DNA of 36,326 nucleotides from an uncultured Lentisphaerota bacterium (GTDB lineage: Bacteria > Verrucomicrobiota > Lentisphaeria > Oligosphaerales > CAJXKU01): positions 1 through 36,326 of the forward strand of contig CAJXKU010000002.1 of assembly GCA_913055945.1 (NCBI GenBank). Direction: 5' to 3'. Position numbers and translations under genes: made by a program. Of the stretch, positions 7,478 through 17,715 are shown piece after piece; within the stretch, counting starts at the first letter, position 1; each line of letters starts with the position of its first letter. The notes under the pieces are model-generated. The model saw nothing but the letters and a program-made list of their open reading frames with translations, was not told where the DNA came from and searched no databases.

Positions 7478-9061
7478 ATGATGACTATGGCTGAGAATCT
7501 GCGTCATTTTTTTTATTTGTGTGTTGTTGCTTCACTCCTCCTGTCTACCACCGTACATGCGGAGAAGAGTATGGAATGGAAGGATCAAGTGCCTGAACCG
7601 ATATTTGATAAAGAGCCTGGTTATACAAACCTGTACTGGACTGCCTGGGAATTGGCTCATGAAAAGGTTAGAGCGCAGCGCAATCTCCCCCGATCGCCAT
7701 ACATGGATGAAGGCTTCTGGGACGATACGATCTGGATCTGGGACACCTGTTTTATGGCGTTGTTCTGTAAGTATTCTCCCCGTGAATTTCCCGGCGTGGA
7801 GAGTTTGAACAACTTCTACGTACCTCTTCACGGTAATGCATATGAGGAAGGGACGTACCCACTGAATATTCAGCACCCTGATAATCCACCGCTGTTTGCC
7901 TGGGTGGAATACGAGAATTTTCTTTTCAACGGAAACGAGCAGCACGTGAAGAAGCTGCTTACTGAGCAGAAATACCTACAGAAACATTTCGAATGGTTCA
8001 ATGAGGTTGAACCGGGGTGGAGTTTCAAGTCCCAGGCGGAGCATCGGAAGAAAAGCGCGCCGGTTAAGATCAGGAAAGTTGAAAACGGGTATTACTGGGG
8101 CGGGGTTCAAAGTGGTATGGACAATACGCCGCGCAAGCGCCATGGGCTCTGGATCGACGCCATTTCGCAGCAGGCGCTTTCTGCGCTGTACATCAGTCGA
8201 ATGGCTGAAAAGATTGGACGTGCGGATATGGCCGAAAGGTGGAAAACACGCTATTCAGAGCTCAAAAATACCATAAATGAGTTCTACTGGAACGAAGAAG
8301 ACGGCATTTATTACGATCTGGATCCGGAGACGATGGAGCATCTGAAAGTGAAAACACCGGCTTCTTTCTGGCCGATGCTGGCGGAGGTGCCCACACCTGA
8401 ACAAGCTGAGCGAATGGTCAAACACGTCCAGGATCCGAACACCTTCGGCGGGAAGCGTCCCTGGCCAAGTGTCGCCAGATCCGATCCGGCTTATACAGAA
8501 CCTGATGGGAAGTACTGGCGGGGCGGAATCTGGCTGCCGATTGCCTACATGGGGACGAAGGCCTTGGAAAAATACGGTTATTACAAAGAAGCGGACGAGA
8601 ACGCCGAGAAACTCTTAGCCCAAATGTTCCGCACCTACAGGGACTACAATCCAAACACCATCTGGGAGTGTTACAGCCCGACTCGCGATGCGCCGGGCAA
8701 GCACAAAGACGGGAACCGTGTGGTGCGACCGGATTTCTGCGGTTGGTCGGCGCTGGGACCGATTGCGCTGTTTATTGAGAACGTACTTGGATTCCATGTG
8801 GTCAACGCTGTTGAGAAAAAGATTGAATGGCGCCTGCATCAAACCGCCCGCCATGGTATCAGGGATCTGCGTTTTGGGGATATTGTTACGGATATTGTAT
8901 ATGACGGAAAAGGTGAGATAACGATCAAAAGTAATGCTGCGTATACGTTAGTTATCAATGGTGAGTCGCGAAGAATATCTGAAGGGACTACGACCATAAC
9001 GATTGACCCTGAAACCATTCCTGCGAGCGATAATGTCCTGAACACCGGGCCTGAAAAGTAG
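7478..9061 (+). CDS. secreted (alpha/alpha)6-barrel glycoside hydrolase, GH63/GH37-like (MGH1/trehalase-like)
   Basis: Long ORF (track 7460-9061). I prefer the ATG at 7478, which is preceded by ggggaaacg. The N-terminal signal peptide is FFYLCVVASLLLSTTVHA. Motifs WDTCFMALF, GGVQSGMDNTPR and YWRGGIWLPIAYM are typical of this fold. Family assignment is motif-level only. Confidence 0.65.
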   Translation: MMTMAENLRHFFYLCVVASLLLSTTVHAEKSMEWKDQVPEPIFDKEPGYTNLYWTAWELAHEKVRAQRNLPRSPYMDEGFWDDTIWIWDTCFMALFCKYSPREFPGVESLNNFYVPLHGNAYEEGTYPLNIQHPDNPPLFAWVEYENFLFNGNEQHVKKLLTEQKYLQKHFEWFNEVEPGWSFKSQAEHRKKSAPVKIRKVENGYYWGGVQSGMDNTPRKRHGLWIDAISQQALSALYISRMAEKIGRADMAERWKTRYSELKNTINEFYWNEEDGIYYDLDPETMEHLKVKTPASFWPMLAEVPTPEQAERMVKHVQDPNTFGGKRPWPSVARSDPAYTEPDGKYWRGGIWLPIAYMGTKALEKYGYYKEADENAEKLLAQMFRTYRDYNPNTIWECYSPTRDAPGKHKDGNRVVRPDFCGWSALGPIALFIENVLGFHVVNAVEKKIEWRLHQTARHGIRDLRFGDIVTDIVYDGKGEITIKSNAAYTLVINGESRRISEGTTTITIDPETIPASDNVLNTGPEK

Positions 9062-9077
9062 GATTGTTGGCTCCTGT

Positions 9078-9980
9078 TCACTTGCCCGGAACAACATGAG
9101 ATGTGGAAAACGGGAGACCGTGTGATTCGCCCTGCTTGCCTTCCGGCGGCAGCACGACGCAATTGCCCAGCGGCCGCCAGATCTGCGGATCTGTCGATCT
9201 GAACATCGCAACGGTGGGCTTACCGAGGTAAGCGGCCAAGTGAGAGATGCCGCTGTCATTGCCGATAAAAACTCGGGTCTTGGCCTGCAGATACTTTATG
9301 AGCGTTTGAAGTTCAGGGCAGTAAAGGTAATTGAAGGGGATTCCGTATTCGGATAACAACTCCGTCATAGGCTCGAACAGGTGGGTGTCCGCAGGCCCGA
9401 AGGACAGCCAGACCTTCCGGCCGTGGCGCATATACCAGCCATGAGCAAGGCGTAGAAACATTTTGAGTTTTACGTTTTTGGTGTCACTGCCGCTTCCGGG
9501 GTGGAGCCAGAGATGCTCGCCGTTGTCCGACTCTGCGTCTCCGGATAACCGAATCTGCCACCAGTCGGGAGGTAACGGCTCTTCCGCTTCCAGGAAAAAT
9601 CTGCGTGCAATATGCGGTGGTCTCCGGGGTCTGGGATTAAGCCAGTACACGGTTTCCGCTCCCGCCTGATAAAATGATCTCTCCGTCGCTGTGTCACGTT
9701 TACCGAAAAGATAAACCGCGGCGCCTTCTGCATATTGCACAAGTTCCCGGCTGGGGCCATTTTCTCGGTACAGCGATTGCAACGCTGCCCCGTCAACATT
9801 CAGGAAGTGTGTGTAGAATGTCTCATGCGGCAGAAGGTCCAGGTATTCCCTCTTCGTAATCAAGCACACTTCGGAACACCGGGATGACAGCGCAGACAAC
9901 AGCGGAAGGCTCAGGATGAAGTCTCCGATCCCGCCTCTGCGCATAAAAACAACTCGTTTCCTGTCGTCGGAGTCGGCCAA
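9078..9980 (-). CDS. glycosyltransferase family 9 (heptosyltransferase-like)
   Basis: N-terminal RRGGIGDFILSLPLL and C-terminal FIGNDSGISHLAAYLGKPTVAMF motifs characteristic of GT9. The start at 9980 is a TTG. Confidence 0.75.
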   Translation of the reverse strand: MADSDDRKRVVFMRRGGIGDFILSLPLLSALSSRCSEVCLITKREYLDLLPHETFYTHFLNVDGAALQSLYRENGPSRELVQYAEGAAVYLFGKRDTATERSFYQAGAETVYWLNPRPRRPPHIARRFFLEAEEPLPPDWWQIRLSGDAESDNGEHLWLHPGSGSDTKNVKLKMFLRLAHGWYMRHGRKVWLSFGPADTHLFEPMTELLSEYGIPFNYLYCPELQTLIKYLQAKTRVFIGNDSGISHLAAYLGKPTVAMFRSTDPQIWRPLGNCVVLPPEGKQGESHGLPFSTSHVVPGK

Positions 9981-10196
9981 AATCCAGTCAGTTCAGTGGT
10001 GTTATTCATGTATCTTAAAAGACGCCGTCGACAAACAAAGAGTGGAGTGTGTTGTTATCGTCATGCGGAGATGACGCCGAAGCTTGACCAGCGGCGTTAT
10101 CCAGCTAACCTTATGCTGCGACGTCCTGTTTCTTCACTCTGGTGAAACGGCTGCTGTAAATTCCCAACCGCCAGACGGCGGATGATTGCGCGTTTG

Positions 10197-10997
10197 TTAT
10201 CCCGGGCTTACGGCTTCGGCCAATGAACGCACGAACTGGCGGGCGCTGTTGAGGCCCGCCTCGCGGCTTTCGGCCTCCGCTATCGTCTTGACCAGGGCAC
10301 TCCCCACCACTACGCCGTCTGCGTATTGTACGACTTCGCGCGCCATGTCCGGTGTAGATACGCCGAATCCTGCCACGGTCGGAAGTGCTGTCTCCGACTT
10401 TATCTGTTTAAGGTGCTCGGCCAGATCTGAGGGCACGGCTGCACGTACACCGGTAACACCGGTTACGCTCACGTAATAGATAAAACCGCCGGCTTTCCGG
10501 AGCACTTTATGCCTTCGTTCCGAAGATGTTGTCGGCGCCAGAAGCGGAATAAGGTGAAGATCATGCTCTTCCAGGGCAGGGTAGACTTCGTCCGCTTCTT
10601 CCGGCGGCAAATCAACCACGAGGAGTCCATCAACGCCGGCCTGACGAGCATCGCGGGCAAAGGCTTCCAATCCGTAATTAAAAAACACGTTGTAGTACCC
10701 GAAAAGAATCAGGGGCGTAGAAATTTCTTTCCTGACCTCGCGAATCATTTCAAAAATACGCGGGAGGGTGGTCCCCGCCCGGAGTGCCCGCTGACTCGCG
10801 GCCTGAATCGTAGGTCCGTCTGCCGTTGGATCCGAAAAGGGGACGCCGACTTCGATAATGTCTGCACCGGCATCCGCAATGTTTTTGATCAGTTCCGCAC
10901 TCGTGGCGAGGTCCGGATCGCCTGCCGGGAGGAACATGACCAGCGTTTTGCTGTTGGTTCGGCTTTTGCGGGAAAATGTTTCGTCTATTCTGTTCAT
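10197..10997 (-). CDS. trpA: tryptophan synthase alpha chain
   Basis: Full-length TrpA-like sequence ([12 protein letters not shown]...[18 protein letters not shown]...GFGVSTP). A 4-nt overlap with trpB shows coupling. Confidence 0.95.
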   Translation of the reverse strand: MNRIDETFSRKSRTNSKTLVMFLPAGDPDLATSAELIKNIADAGADIIEVGVPFSDPTADGPTIQAASQRALRAGTTLPRIFEMIREVRKEISTPLILFGYYNVFFNYGLEAFARDARQAGVDGLLVVDLPPEEADEVYPALEEHDLHLIPLLAPTTSSERRHKVLRKAGGFIYYVSVTGVTGVRAAVPSDLAEHLKQIKSETALPTVAGFGVSTPDMAREVVQYADGVVVGSALVKTIAEAESREAGLNSARQFVRSLAEAVSPG

Positions 10998-12214
10998 TCG
11001 CTGTTGGCGTCTTCCTTTTTTTGTGCGTTGCGGAATTCGTCTACAGCACTCATGTCCTTATCTCCGCGCCCTGAAAGGTTTACGATCAGGTATTCATCCG
11101 GTCGCATCCGCGGTGCGCGCCGCACGGCTTCGGCGACAGCATGAGCGGATTCGAGCGCGGGGATAATGCCCTCCAGGCGACAGAGCAGGTCGAAGTTGTC
11201 GACGGCTTCCTGATCGTTGACCACCGTGTATTCGGCCTTTTGCATTTCGTGGAGATAAGCGTGCTCCGGTCCTACGCCGGGGTAATCCAGCCCTGCTGAG
11301 GCCGAGTGTGTCGGTTTAATCTGGCCATAGTCATCCTGTAACACATAACTTTTGCTTCCGTGCAGGACGCCCAGGCGGCCTCCGCCGATGCTTGCCGCAT
11401 GCTTACCCGTTTCCAGGCCGCTGCCGCCTGCTTCAACGCCGATGAGCTTTACCTGGGATTCCTGCTGAAACGCCTGAAAGATGCCCGACGCGTTGCTTCC
11501 GCCGCCCACGCAGGCGATGATCGCGGCGGGAAGATCGTTTTCATGCCGGGCAATCTGCTCGTAGGTTTCGTCTCCGATGACGCGTTGGAACGCGCGAACC
11601 ATGAGCGGATATGGATGGGGGCCGGCAACTGTTCCCAGCACGTATGACGTACGCTGCACACTGCCCACCCAGTCCCGAAGAGCTTCATTCAGAGCATCCT
11701 TCAGCGTACCCGAGCCGGTATCGACCGGCAGCACATTTGCTCCCAGGTATTCCATCCGCCGAACGTTGGGCGCTTGCCTATGGATGTCTTCGCGCCCCAT
11801 GTAAACGTCACATTCCAGCCCCAGACGAGCGGCTACCGTGGCTGTGGCTACGCCATGCATCCCTGCCCCGGTTTCGGCGATGACCCGAGGTTTGTTCATA
11901 TATTTCGCCAGCAGTGCCTGCCCCAGCGTGTTGTTGATCTTATGTGCTCCGGTATGATTCAGGTCTTCACGCTTCAGGTAGATACGGGCTCCGCCGCAGT
12001 GCCGGGTCAAACGTTCCGCATAGTAAAGCGGGGAGGGGCGCCCCACGTAATCGCGGAGATACTTATCGAATTCGTTTCGAAAGTGCGTATCGGCCCAGCA
12101 ATAGTTGAAGGCCTGTTCCAGTTCCTCCAGCGCGGGCATAAGCGTTTCCGGCACATACTGCCCGCCGAACGGTCCGAAATGACCGGTCTTATGTTCTGAT
12201 TGGTCCATGATCAT
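10994..12214 (-). CDS. trpB: tryptophan synthase beta chain
   Basis: [35 protein letters not shown] (PLP lysine motif), and GGGSNASG. Confidence 0.95.
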   Translation of the reverse strand: MIMDQSEHKTGHFGPFGGQYVPETLMPALEELEQAFNYCWADTHFRNEFDKYLRDYVGRPSPLYYAERLTRHCGGARIYLKREDLNHTGAHKINNTLGQALLAKYMNKPRVIAETGAGMHGVATATVAARLGLECDVYMGREDIHRQAPNVRRMEYLGANVLPVDTGSGTLKDALNEALRDWVGSVQRTSYVLGTVAGPHPYPLMVRAFQRVIGDETYEQIARHENDLPAAIIACVGGGSNASGIFQAFQQESQVKLIGVEAGGSGLETGKHAASIGGGRLGVLHGSKSYVLQDDYGQIKPTHSASAGLDYPGVGPEHAYLHEMQKAEYTVVNDQEAVDNFDLLCRLEGIIPALESAHAVAEAVRRAPRMRPDEYLIVNLSGRGDKDMSAVDEFRNAQKKEDANSE

Positions 12215-12241
12215 CTGATTCGTCTTTATCTCTGCTTTAAG

Positions 12242-12865
12242 CTAAGCACGGAACGGTCGGAGTCGTTCCATGGCAAGCTTGATTTTTTCAGGATCTTTCG
12301 TGCCCGGCGCATGTTCCACACCGCTGTTCAGGTCCACGCCGAACGGCTGGATTTGTCGGACCGCCTCGAGGACGTTGTCCGGGCCCAGGCCACCTGCTGC
12401 AATCACCCAGCGTTCAGCAGCAAGTTTGGAGGCCAAGGCCCAGTTTCCCGTGCGTCCTGTGCCGCCGCGCATACCGGCCGCACGTGAGTCCGTCAGAATA
12501 GCCGCCGCCGGGAATGTTAAAGCGTGCTGAAGGTCTTCAGCTGCGGTCAATGTTATTCTTTTCCAGACCCGGCAAGCCCCGATTTCCTGCGCTGACGCTT
12601 CTGTTTCCTCGCCATGAAGCTGGGCAATGTTCAGGCCACAGGCGTCCATGGTCCGCTGTATTTCATAAGCGCTTTCATTGACGAATACGCCCACCTTCCC
12701 GATGCTTCCTTCTATCCGTGAACTGATGTCTGCACACTGCTCGGGTGTAATGCAGCGCGTCGATTCCGGCGCAAAAATAAAACCCACATAATCAGCGCCG
12801 GCGTTTACAGCGAACTGCGCATCTTCGAGCGAAGTGATACCGCAGATTTTAACTTTAAGCTTCAT
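12242..12865 (-). CDS. trpF: phosphoribosylanthranilate isomerase
   Basis: KVKICGITSLEDAQFAVNAGADYVGFIF...QLHG...GGLGPDNV...GVDLNSGVE pattern, positioned upstream of trpBA. Confidence 0.9.
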   Translation of the reverse strand: MKLKVKICGITSLEDAQFAVNAGADYVGFIFAPESTRCITPEQCADISSRIEGSIGKVGVFVNESAYEIQRTMDACGLNIAQLHGEETEASAQEIGACRVWKRITLTAAEDLQHALTFPAAAILTDSRAAGMRGGTGRTGNWALASKLAAERWVIAAGGLGPDNVLEAVRQIQPFGVDLNSGVEHAPGTKDPEKIKLAMERLRPFRA

Positions 12866-13056
12866 ACAGCGTGGCTGCTCCTTTTCAGCCTCGATACTTT
12901 ACTACAGTAGAGCGAATGATGTTTTGATTGAGGAAAGAATATACGATTTGAAATCGTCACTTGGACACAGCATAATTGTGCAATACTGGCCGGATTCATC
13001 AATCTGTTTATGTGGCGCGCAATGTAAACAGATAACGAGAAGAGGCGGATTTTCTT

Positions 13057-14535
13057 TCAGCCGTGATGGGATAAATACTCGTGTATTCTTTCCGCTAAAC
13101 GTTCTCCAAGTCCTGGCACGGCTTTGCGGATTTCTTCCGGCTGAGCATTCCTTAAATTCTTAACAGAGCCGAAATATCGAAGCAACTGTTGCCGTCGCTG
13201 GGGTCCAACCCCTTCGATCTCGTCAAGTACGGATTCAGATAATCGTTTACGCCGTAATTGTCTGTGGTAATTTACGGCGAACCGGTGAGCTTCATCCCTC
13301 AGACTCTGCAGAAGCTTCAGTCCTTCGTGTTCTCGAGGAAGCACGAGTGGCTCGGCCTGATCGGGAAAGTAAATCTTCTCTCGTTGTTTCGCAAGCCCGA
13401 TGACGGGCATAGGTTGGACGTCTGCTTCGACCAAGGCTTTTATGACAACGCTGAGTTGGCCGGGTCCGCCGTCCACAACGATTAAATCGGGCATTTCTTT
13501 TCCTCTGTTTGCCTTTCGTTCTCCGGCGTATCGGCGTTTGACGACTTCCGCCAGCATCGCATAGTCGTCCATCCCGGAGACATCACGTATGCGGAAACGT
13601 CTGTAAGCGTTTTTGGCGGGGCGTCCTTTTTTAAAGCAGACCATACTTCCTACCGCCATGCGTCCGCTGATATTCGAAATGTCGAAGCATTCTACGTTTT
13701 CCGGCGGATGCTTTAGCTCCAGCGCGCGCTGCAGCTCGAGCACCATGTGATCCGGATCATCTCCGGTCTGTTGAAGAGTGGTTTTCTCAAACTTTCGCAC
13801 TTGCGGTGTGCAGAGGGATTTGATGTTTGCGATGACATCCCGGAGCCGGGCCGCCTCCTCGAAGCGCTGTTTCTGGACATGTTTCTGCATCTGCTCCTGT
13901 AAGTCGTTGAGGATATCGTCAGTTTCGCCTTGAAGAACTTGAAGAGCGGCCTGTAAACGCTGATCGTATGCTTCATCGGATATCTGCTCAATGCAGGGAC
14001 ATGAACACGCCTGCACTTTACGTTGCCGGCAGTGCCGGTAGGTCGAGGCGTCCGGAAAGCGTGTGCTGCATGTTCGAAGTCCGAAATGCTTGGAGATGAT
14101 TTCCACGGTATTCCGTACCGCCCGAGCGTATGGGAAAGGACCGTAGTACCGTCTGCCGTCCTGGCGCTTTATGCGGGTTAATTGCAGGCGCGGGTATTTT
14201 TCGGAGGCGTCGACAGCAATCAGAAGGAAGCGCTTATCATCCCGCAGTTCGACGTTGTATCGCGGGTGGTAGGCCTTGATCAGTCTTGACTCCAGCAGAA
14301 GTGCCTCCGTTTCAGATTTGACAGGGTGGATCTCGTATTCGTGGATGCTGTTGATCAAAGCACGAAGTTTGGGGTCGGCGCGTCGGTTGCGGCTGGGTTG
14401 GAAGTACGTCGTCAGGCGTTTACGGAGCGACTTGGCCTTTCCCACGTAGATGACGTCCCCCGCACTGTTGCGGAATACATAGACCCCCGGTTTTGAAGGG
14501 ACGTCCTGTGGCTTGAATTGTTCAGGGGCAGGCAC
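13057..14535 (-). CDS. uvrC: excinuclease ABC subunit C
   Basis: GIY-YIG N-terminus (PGVYVFRNSAGDVIYVGKAKSLRKRL), a UVR motif (RFEEAARLRDVIANI), an RNase-H-like endonuclease region (ECFDISN...DLIVVDGGPGQL...GLAK) and a C-terminal HhH (IEGVGPQRRQQLLRYFGS). It is compact at 492 aa, but all domains are present. GTG start. Confidence 0.9.
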   Translation of the reverse strand: MPAPEQFKPQDVPSKPGVYVFRNSAGDVIYVGKAKSLRKRLTTYFQPSRNRRADPKLRALINSIHEYEIHPVKSETEALLLESRLIKAYHPRYNVELRDDKRFLLIAVDASEKYPRLQLTRIKRQDGRRYYGPFPYARAVRNTVEIISKHFGLRTCSTRFPDASTYRHCRQRKVQACSCPCIEQISDEAYDQRLQAALQVLQGETDDILNDLQEQMQKHVQKQRFEEAARLRDVIANIKSLCTPQVRKFEKTTLQQTGDDPDHMVLELQRALELKHPPENVECFDISNISGRMAVGSMVCFKKGRPAKNAYRRFRIRDVSGMDDYAMLAEVVKRRYAGERKANRGKEMPDLIVVDGGPGQLSVVIKALVEADVQPMPVIGLAKQREKIYFPDQAEPLVLPREHEGLKLLQSLRDEAHRFAVNYHRQLRRKRLSESVLDEIEGVGPQRRQQLLRYFGSVKNLRNAQPEEIRKAVPGLGERLAERIHEYLSHHG

Positions 14536-14554
14536 GGGTGCAGATTTCCTTTAC

Positions 14555-15136
14555 TTACGGTGTGGCGTCACTGGACTCATCACCGGAGGTGTCTGCAGAG
14601 GTATAGCTCTCCAGTTCGTAATTGATATATTGACTCGGTTTCGGTAAACGGGCCAGTGCAACGTTTGACTCAGAGAAGAATTCTTCTGCCATCGTGTTAT
14701 GATAGCCGGAGAAGACTACAACCCGCCTGATCCCGGCAGCGATCAGTGCTTTGGCGCAACTCGTGCACGGCATATTCGTGATATAAGCCTGGGCGCCTTC
14801 AATGCTGACGCCATGTCTGGCTGCTTGACAGAGCGCGTTGATCTCCGCATGGTTCGTTCGGACACAGTGGCCGTCTACGACGAGGCATCCCACCTGCGTA
14901 CAGTGCGCTGCGCCCGGCAGCGACCCGTTATAACCGGTAGCCAGGACATAACGATCTTTGACCAGCACACATCCGCAATGCATACGTGGACAAGTAGCTC
15001 GTTCCGAAGCCAGCATCGCCAGCTTCAGGAAGTACTCCTCCCACGAAGGACGCGGGTGTGCAGTGCAGTCGTTCTTCTTGCCTTCGGATATGTGGCTTTC
15101 GTGATTGTCCATGGCGGTCTCCAGTGTTTGAGTCAA
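14555..15136 (-). CDS. deoxycytidylate (dCMP) deaminase, ComEB-type
   Basis: Zinc-binding HAEINAL and PCTSCAKAL motifs. The likely true start is the ATG at 15112 (MDNHESH) with GGAG upstream; 15136 is a TTG. Confidence 0.85.
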   Translation of the reverse strand: MTQTLETAMDNHESHISEGKKNDCTAHPRPSWEEYFLKLAMLASERATCPRMHCGCVLVKDRYVLATGYNGSLPGAAHCTQVGCLVVDGHCVRTNHAEINALCQAARHGVSIEGAQAYITNMPCTSCAKALIAAGIRRVVVFSGYHNTMAEEFFSESNVALARLPKPSQYINYELESYTSADTSGDESSDATP

Positions 15137-15311
15137 CGTCGTCTATCGTGTATTTTCCTACTATAAATGTTGTCGGACGCCAGGACGTTATCGGTTCACT
15201 GGATAAATATCATATCGGAAAGGAATCGTTGTAAGGTCACTTTTTTCTTCCCGGCCCCGTTTTTTGTCAAATACATGGGGGGGAGTAGGACGGGGTCGCT
15301 CGGGGTCGGGG

Positions 15312-15938
15312 TTATTCGGGGGGAATGTTCAGTTTCATGCCGGGGGAGAGTTGGGATGGGGCGGTTAACTTCTGTTTATTGGCATTGTAGATCTTGCGCC
15401 ATTTTTTCGGCGTACCATAGAATTTTTGAGAAATTCCGGTGAGGGTGTCGCCTTTTTTCACTTTGTAGTGCTTCGGCTTCTGGGCGCTGCGGGGTTGCTG
15501 GCTGTCCCCTGCGTCTCCGACGGGCACGAATTCCATGCCTTCGGTGGGCTGTGCTTTTGATGCAGGCGTCTGCTGCTGCTTTTCCGCGGAGGGTGCGGTA
15601 TCCGGGCCGGTTTGTTTTTCCGGTTGTTCACGTTGATCCGGTGCCGTGTGGTACTTCATGGGCGGCGGATGCCCGGGCGCTTTCCAGCGGGGGTAGGATT
15701 TGTTTATAGCCTTAATCCACTCTTTTTCCTTGGGCGAAAGCGGGCGGACGGCCAGTTGCGGACCTTTACACCCCGCGCCGGTAATAACCAGAAAGAAGCT
15801 CAGAACCACGAGCCCCGGCAGCACCCTCTTTGAAGTGGCCGAGAGCAGATGGCGGGCCATTCGTACGAAGGGATGGGTATTCAAAGTTTTGTTTGGGGTA
15901 GAGCCCAGGTTTGAGGTGTGGTCTGAACTGATCATCAT
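15312..15938 (-). CDS. LysM-domain lipoprotein
   Basis: C-terminal LysM (YKVKKGDTLTGISQKFYGTPKKWRKIYNANK...L.PGMKLNIP). Lipobox LVITGAGC after a hydrophobic stretch. The likely start is the ATG at 15860 (MARHLL...). Confidence 0.7.
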   Translation of the reverse strand: MMISSDHTSNLGSTPNKTLNTHPFVRMARHLLSATSKRVLPGLVVLSFFLVITGAGCKGPQLAVRPLSPKEKEWIKAINKSYPRWKAPGHPPPMKYHTAPDQREQPEKQTGPDTAPSAEKQQQTPASKAQPTEGMEFVPVGDAGDSQQPRSAQKPKHYKVKKGDTLTGISQKFYGTPKKWRKIYNANKQKLTAPSQLSPGMKLNIPPE

Positions 15939-17185
15939 TCGCCTCTCCTGAATAGTAGTGCTGAATTGTGTCCACCGAAACCGAGGTTGACGTTCATGGC
16001 ATGATCCACGTTTAATTCGCGGGCCTCATTGGGAATATAATCCAGATCGCATTCAGGGTCAGGCGTTTCATAATTGATCGTGGGCGGAACTACACCATGA
16101 TTCAGTGACTGGATACAGGCGATGGCCTCTATGCCGCCAGCGGCACCGATCGTATGACCGATCATGGATTTTGTACTGCTGACGGGGGTCCTGTAGGCCT
16201 GCTCTTCGCCCAGCGTATGTTTGATGGCATTGGTTTCCATCTGGTCGTTCAAAGGTGTAGAGGTGCCGTGAGCATTGATATAATCAATTTGATCGGCAGA
16301 TACAGAAGCCTGCTTCATGGCGTTCTGCATGGCGCGGACTGCACCTTTTCCCTCCGGCTGGGGGGCGGTGATGTGGTAGGCGTCGCCGCTTAAGCCGTAT
16401 CCGACGATTTCCGCAAGGATAGGCGCATTCCGGCGCTTTGCGTTCGCGAGGGATTCGAGGACAAGAATGCCGGCGCCTTCCCCCGGCACAAATCCGTCCC
16501 GGTCATGGTCGAATGGTCGGCTTGCTTTTTCCGGGGTATCATTCTGTTCTGTAAGGGCTTTCATTGCGCAGAACCCGGTGAGCCCAAGCGGATCAATGAT
16601 GGCCTCGGCGCCACCGGTTACAACGGCGTCAGCGTCGCCGCGTCTGATGACCCAGGCGGCTTCTCCGATGGCGTGTCCGCCGGAGGCGCAGGCGGTGACC
16701 ATGCCCAGGTTGGGTCCCTCCAGCCCGTGGCGGATGGAGACGACCCCGGACGCCATGTCGATGATCATTTTCGGGACCATAAGGGGGGAAGACTTTGAGG
16801 GGCCTCTGCTGTGGAGGGTCTTCGCCTGTCCGTTCAGCGTGGTGATCCCGCCGATTCCGCTTCCGATATATGTGCCGATGCGTTCGGGATCCGTATTGTC
16901 AGGACTTAAGCCTGCCTGGTTCAGGGCCTCATCCGAGGCGGCAATCGCGTAATGACAGAACGGGTCCAGGCGTTTACCTTCTTTCGCAGGCATATAAGCG
17001 GAAATATCCAGATCGCGCACTTCGCCGGCGACCTGACAGCGAAATTCCGAGGCGTCGTATTTGCTGATCGTGTCGATACCCGACTCGCCGGCGACAATTC
17101 GGTCCCAGTACGTTTTTACGCCGTTACCGAGGCATGTGACTGCGCCTGTTCCGGTGACAACAATCCGCGTATTCTCGTCCTGCAT
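15935..17185 (-). CDS. fabF: 3-oxoacyl-ACP synthase II
   Basis: RIVVTGTGAVTCLG..., active-site TACASG, HGTSTPLND and GHTIGAAG motifs, in fab-cluster context. Confidence 0.95.
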   Translation of the reverse strand: MQDENTRIVVTGTGAVTCLGNGVKTYWDRIVAGESGIDTISKYDASEFRCQVAGEVRDLDISAYMPAKEGKRLDPFCHYAIAASDEALNQAGLSPDNTDPERIGTYIGSGIGGITTLNGQAKTLHSRGPSKSSPLMVPKMIIDMASGVVSIRHGLEGPNLGMVTACASGGHAIGEAAWVIRRGDADAVVTGGAEAIIDPLGLTGFCAMKALTEQNDTPEKASRPFDHDRDGFVPGEGAGILVLESLANAKRRNAPILAEIVGYGLSGDAYHITAPQPEGKGAVRAMQNAMKQASVSADQIDYINAHGTSTPLNDQMETNAIKHTLGEEQAYRTPVSSTKSMIGHTIGAAGGIEAIACIQSLNHGVVPPTINYETPDPECDLDYIPNEARELNVDHAMNVNLGFGGHNSALLFRRGE

Positions 17186-17340
17186 AAGTAGATGATCCTC
17201 GTTTATCCTTCTGCTGTTCCGGGTGATCCGGCAGACAGGTCGTTTTCAGTCGCAACGCTTATCGTTCGGCGGAAGAATAAGACGTTTGACTTGTTCCGCT
17301 TGTCAGCGTCGGAGAAAAACCTGTCTTACAGTGCAGCTTT

Positions 17341-17580
17341 TCAGCCTTGCTGCTGATTTTCGATGTACTTTACGGCTTCGCCCACAGTGGTAAGCTTTTC
17401 CGCTTCTTCATCGGGGATCTCTTCGCCGAATTCTTCCTCTAAGGCCATAACCAGTTCTACCGTGTCCAGCGAATCTGCGCCCAGATCTTCCACGAACTTT
17501 GCGTCCGGCTTGACCTGATCTTCATTGACGCCGAGCTGGTCCACGATGATCTTTTTCACACGGTCGTTTATAGATGCCAT
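17341..17580 (-). CDS. acpP: acyl carrier protein
   Basis: 79 aa with the [20 protein letters not shown] phosphopantetheine-attachment motif. Confidence 0.95.
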   Translation of the reverse strand: MASINDRVKKIIVDQLGVNEDQVKPDAKFVEDLGADSLDTVELVMALEEEFGEEIPDEEAEKLTTVGEAVKYIENQQQG

Positions 17581-17715
17581 CTTTATTCCTCCATTGCTTT
17601 TTAATGTTACTTTGCCGTTATACTTTATGTTTATTGGTGGCCGACTTTTGTTAACGAGCTAATATGAAGCCCGCTTTTGTCATTGCAAACCATCCGTTTG
17701 TGTTTGTGCGGCGTT

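Noticed and set aside
10509-11144. Long antisense ORFs inside housekeeping genes (for example 10509-11144, 11774-12199, 16467-16952, 18373-18879, 855-1679, 3582-4427)
   Set aside because: They lie opposite or out of frame to genes with unambiguous family signatures. This is typical of GC-rich antisense frames, and none has a motif.
13057-14535. uvrC being truncated or degenerate because it is only 492 aa
   Set aside because: The GIY-YIG, UVR, endonuclease and HhH regions are all identifiable in order, so it appears to be a compact but complete UvrC.
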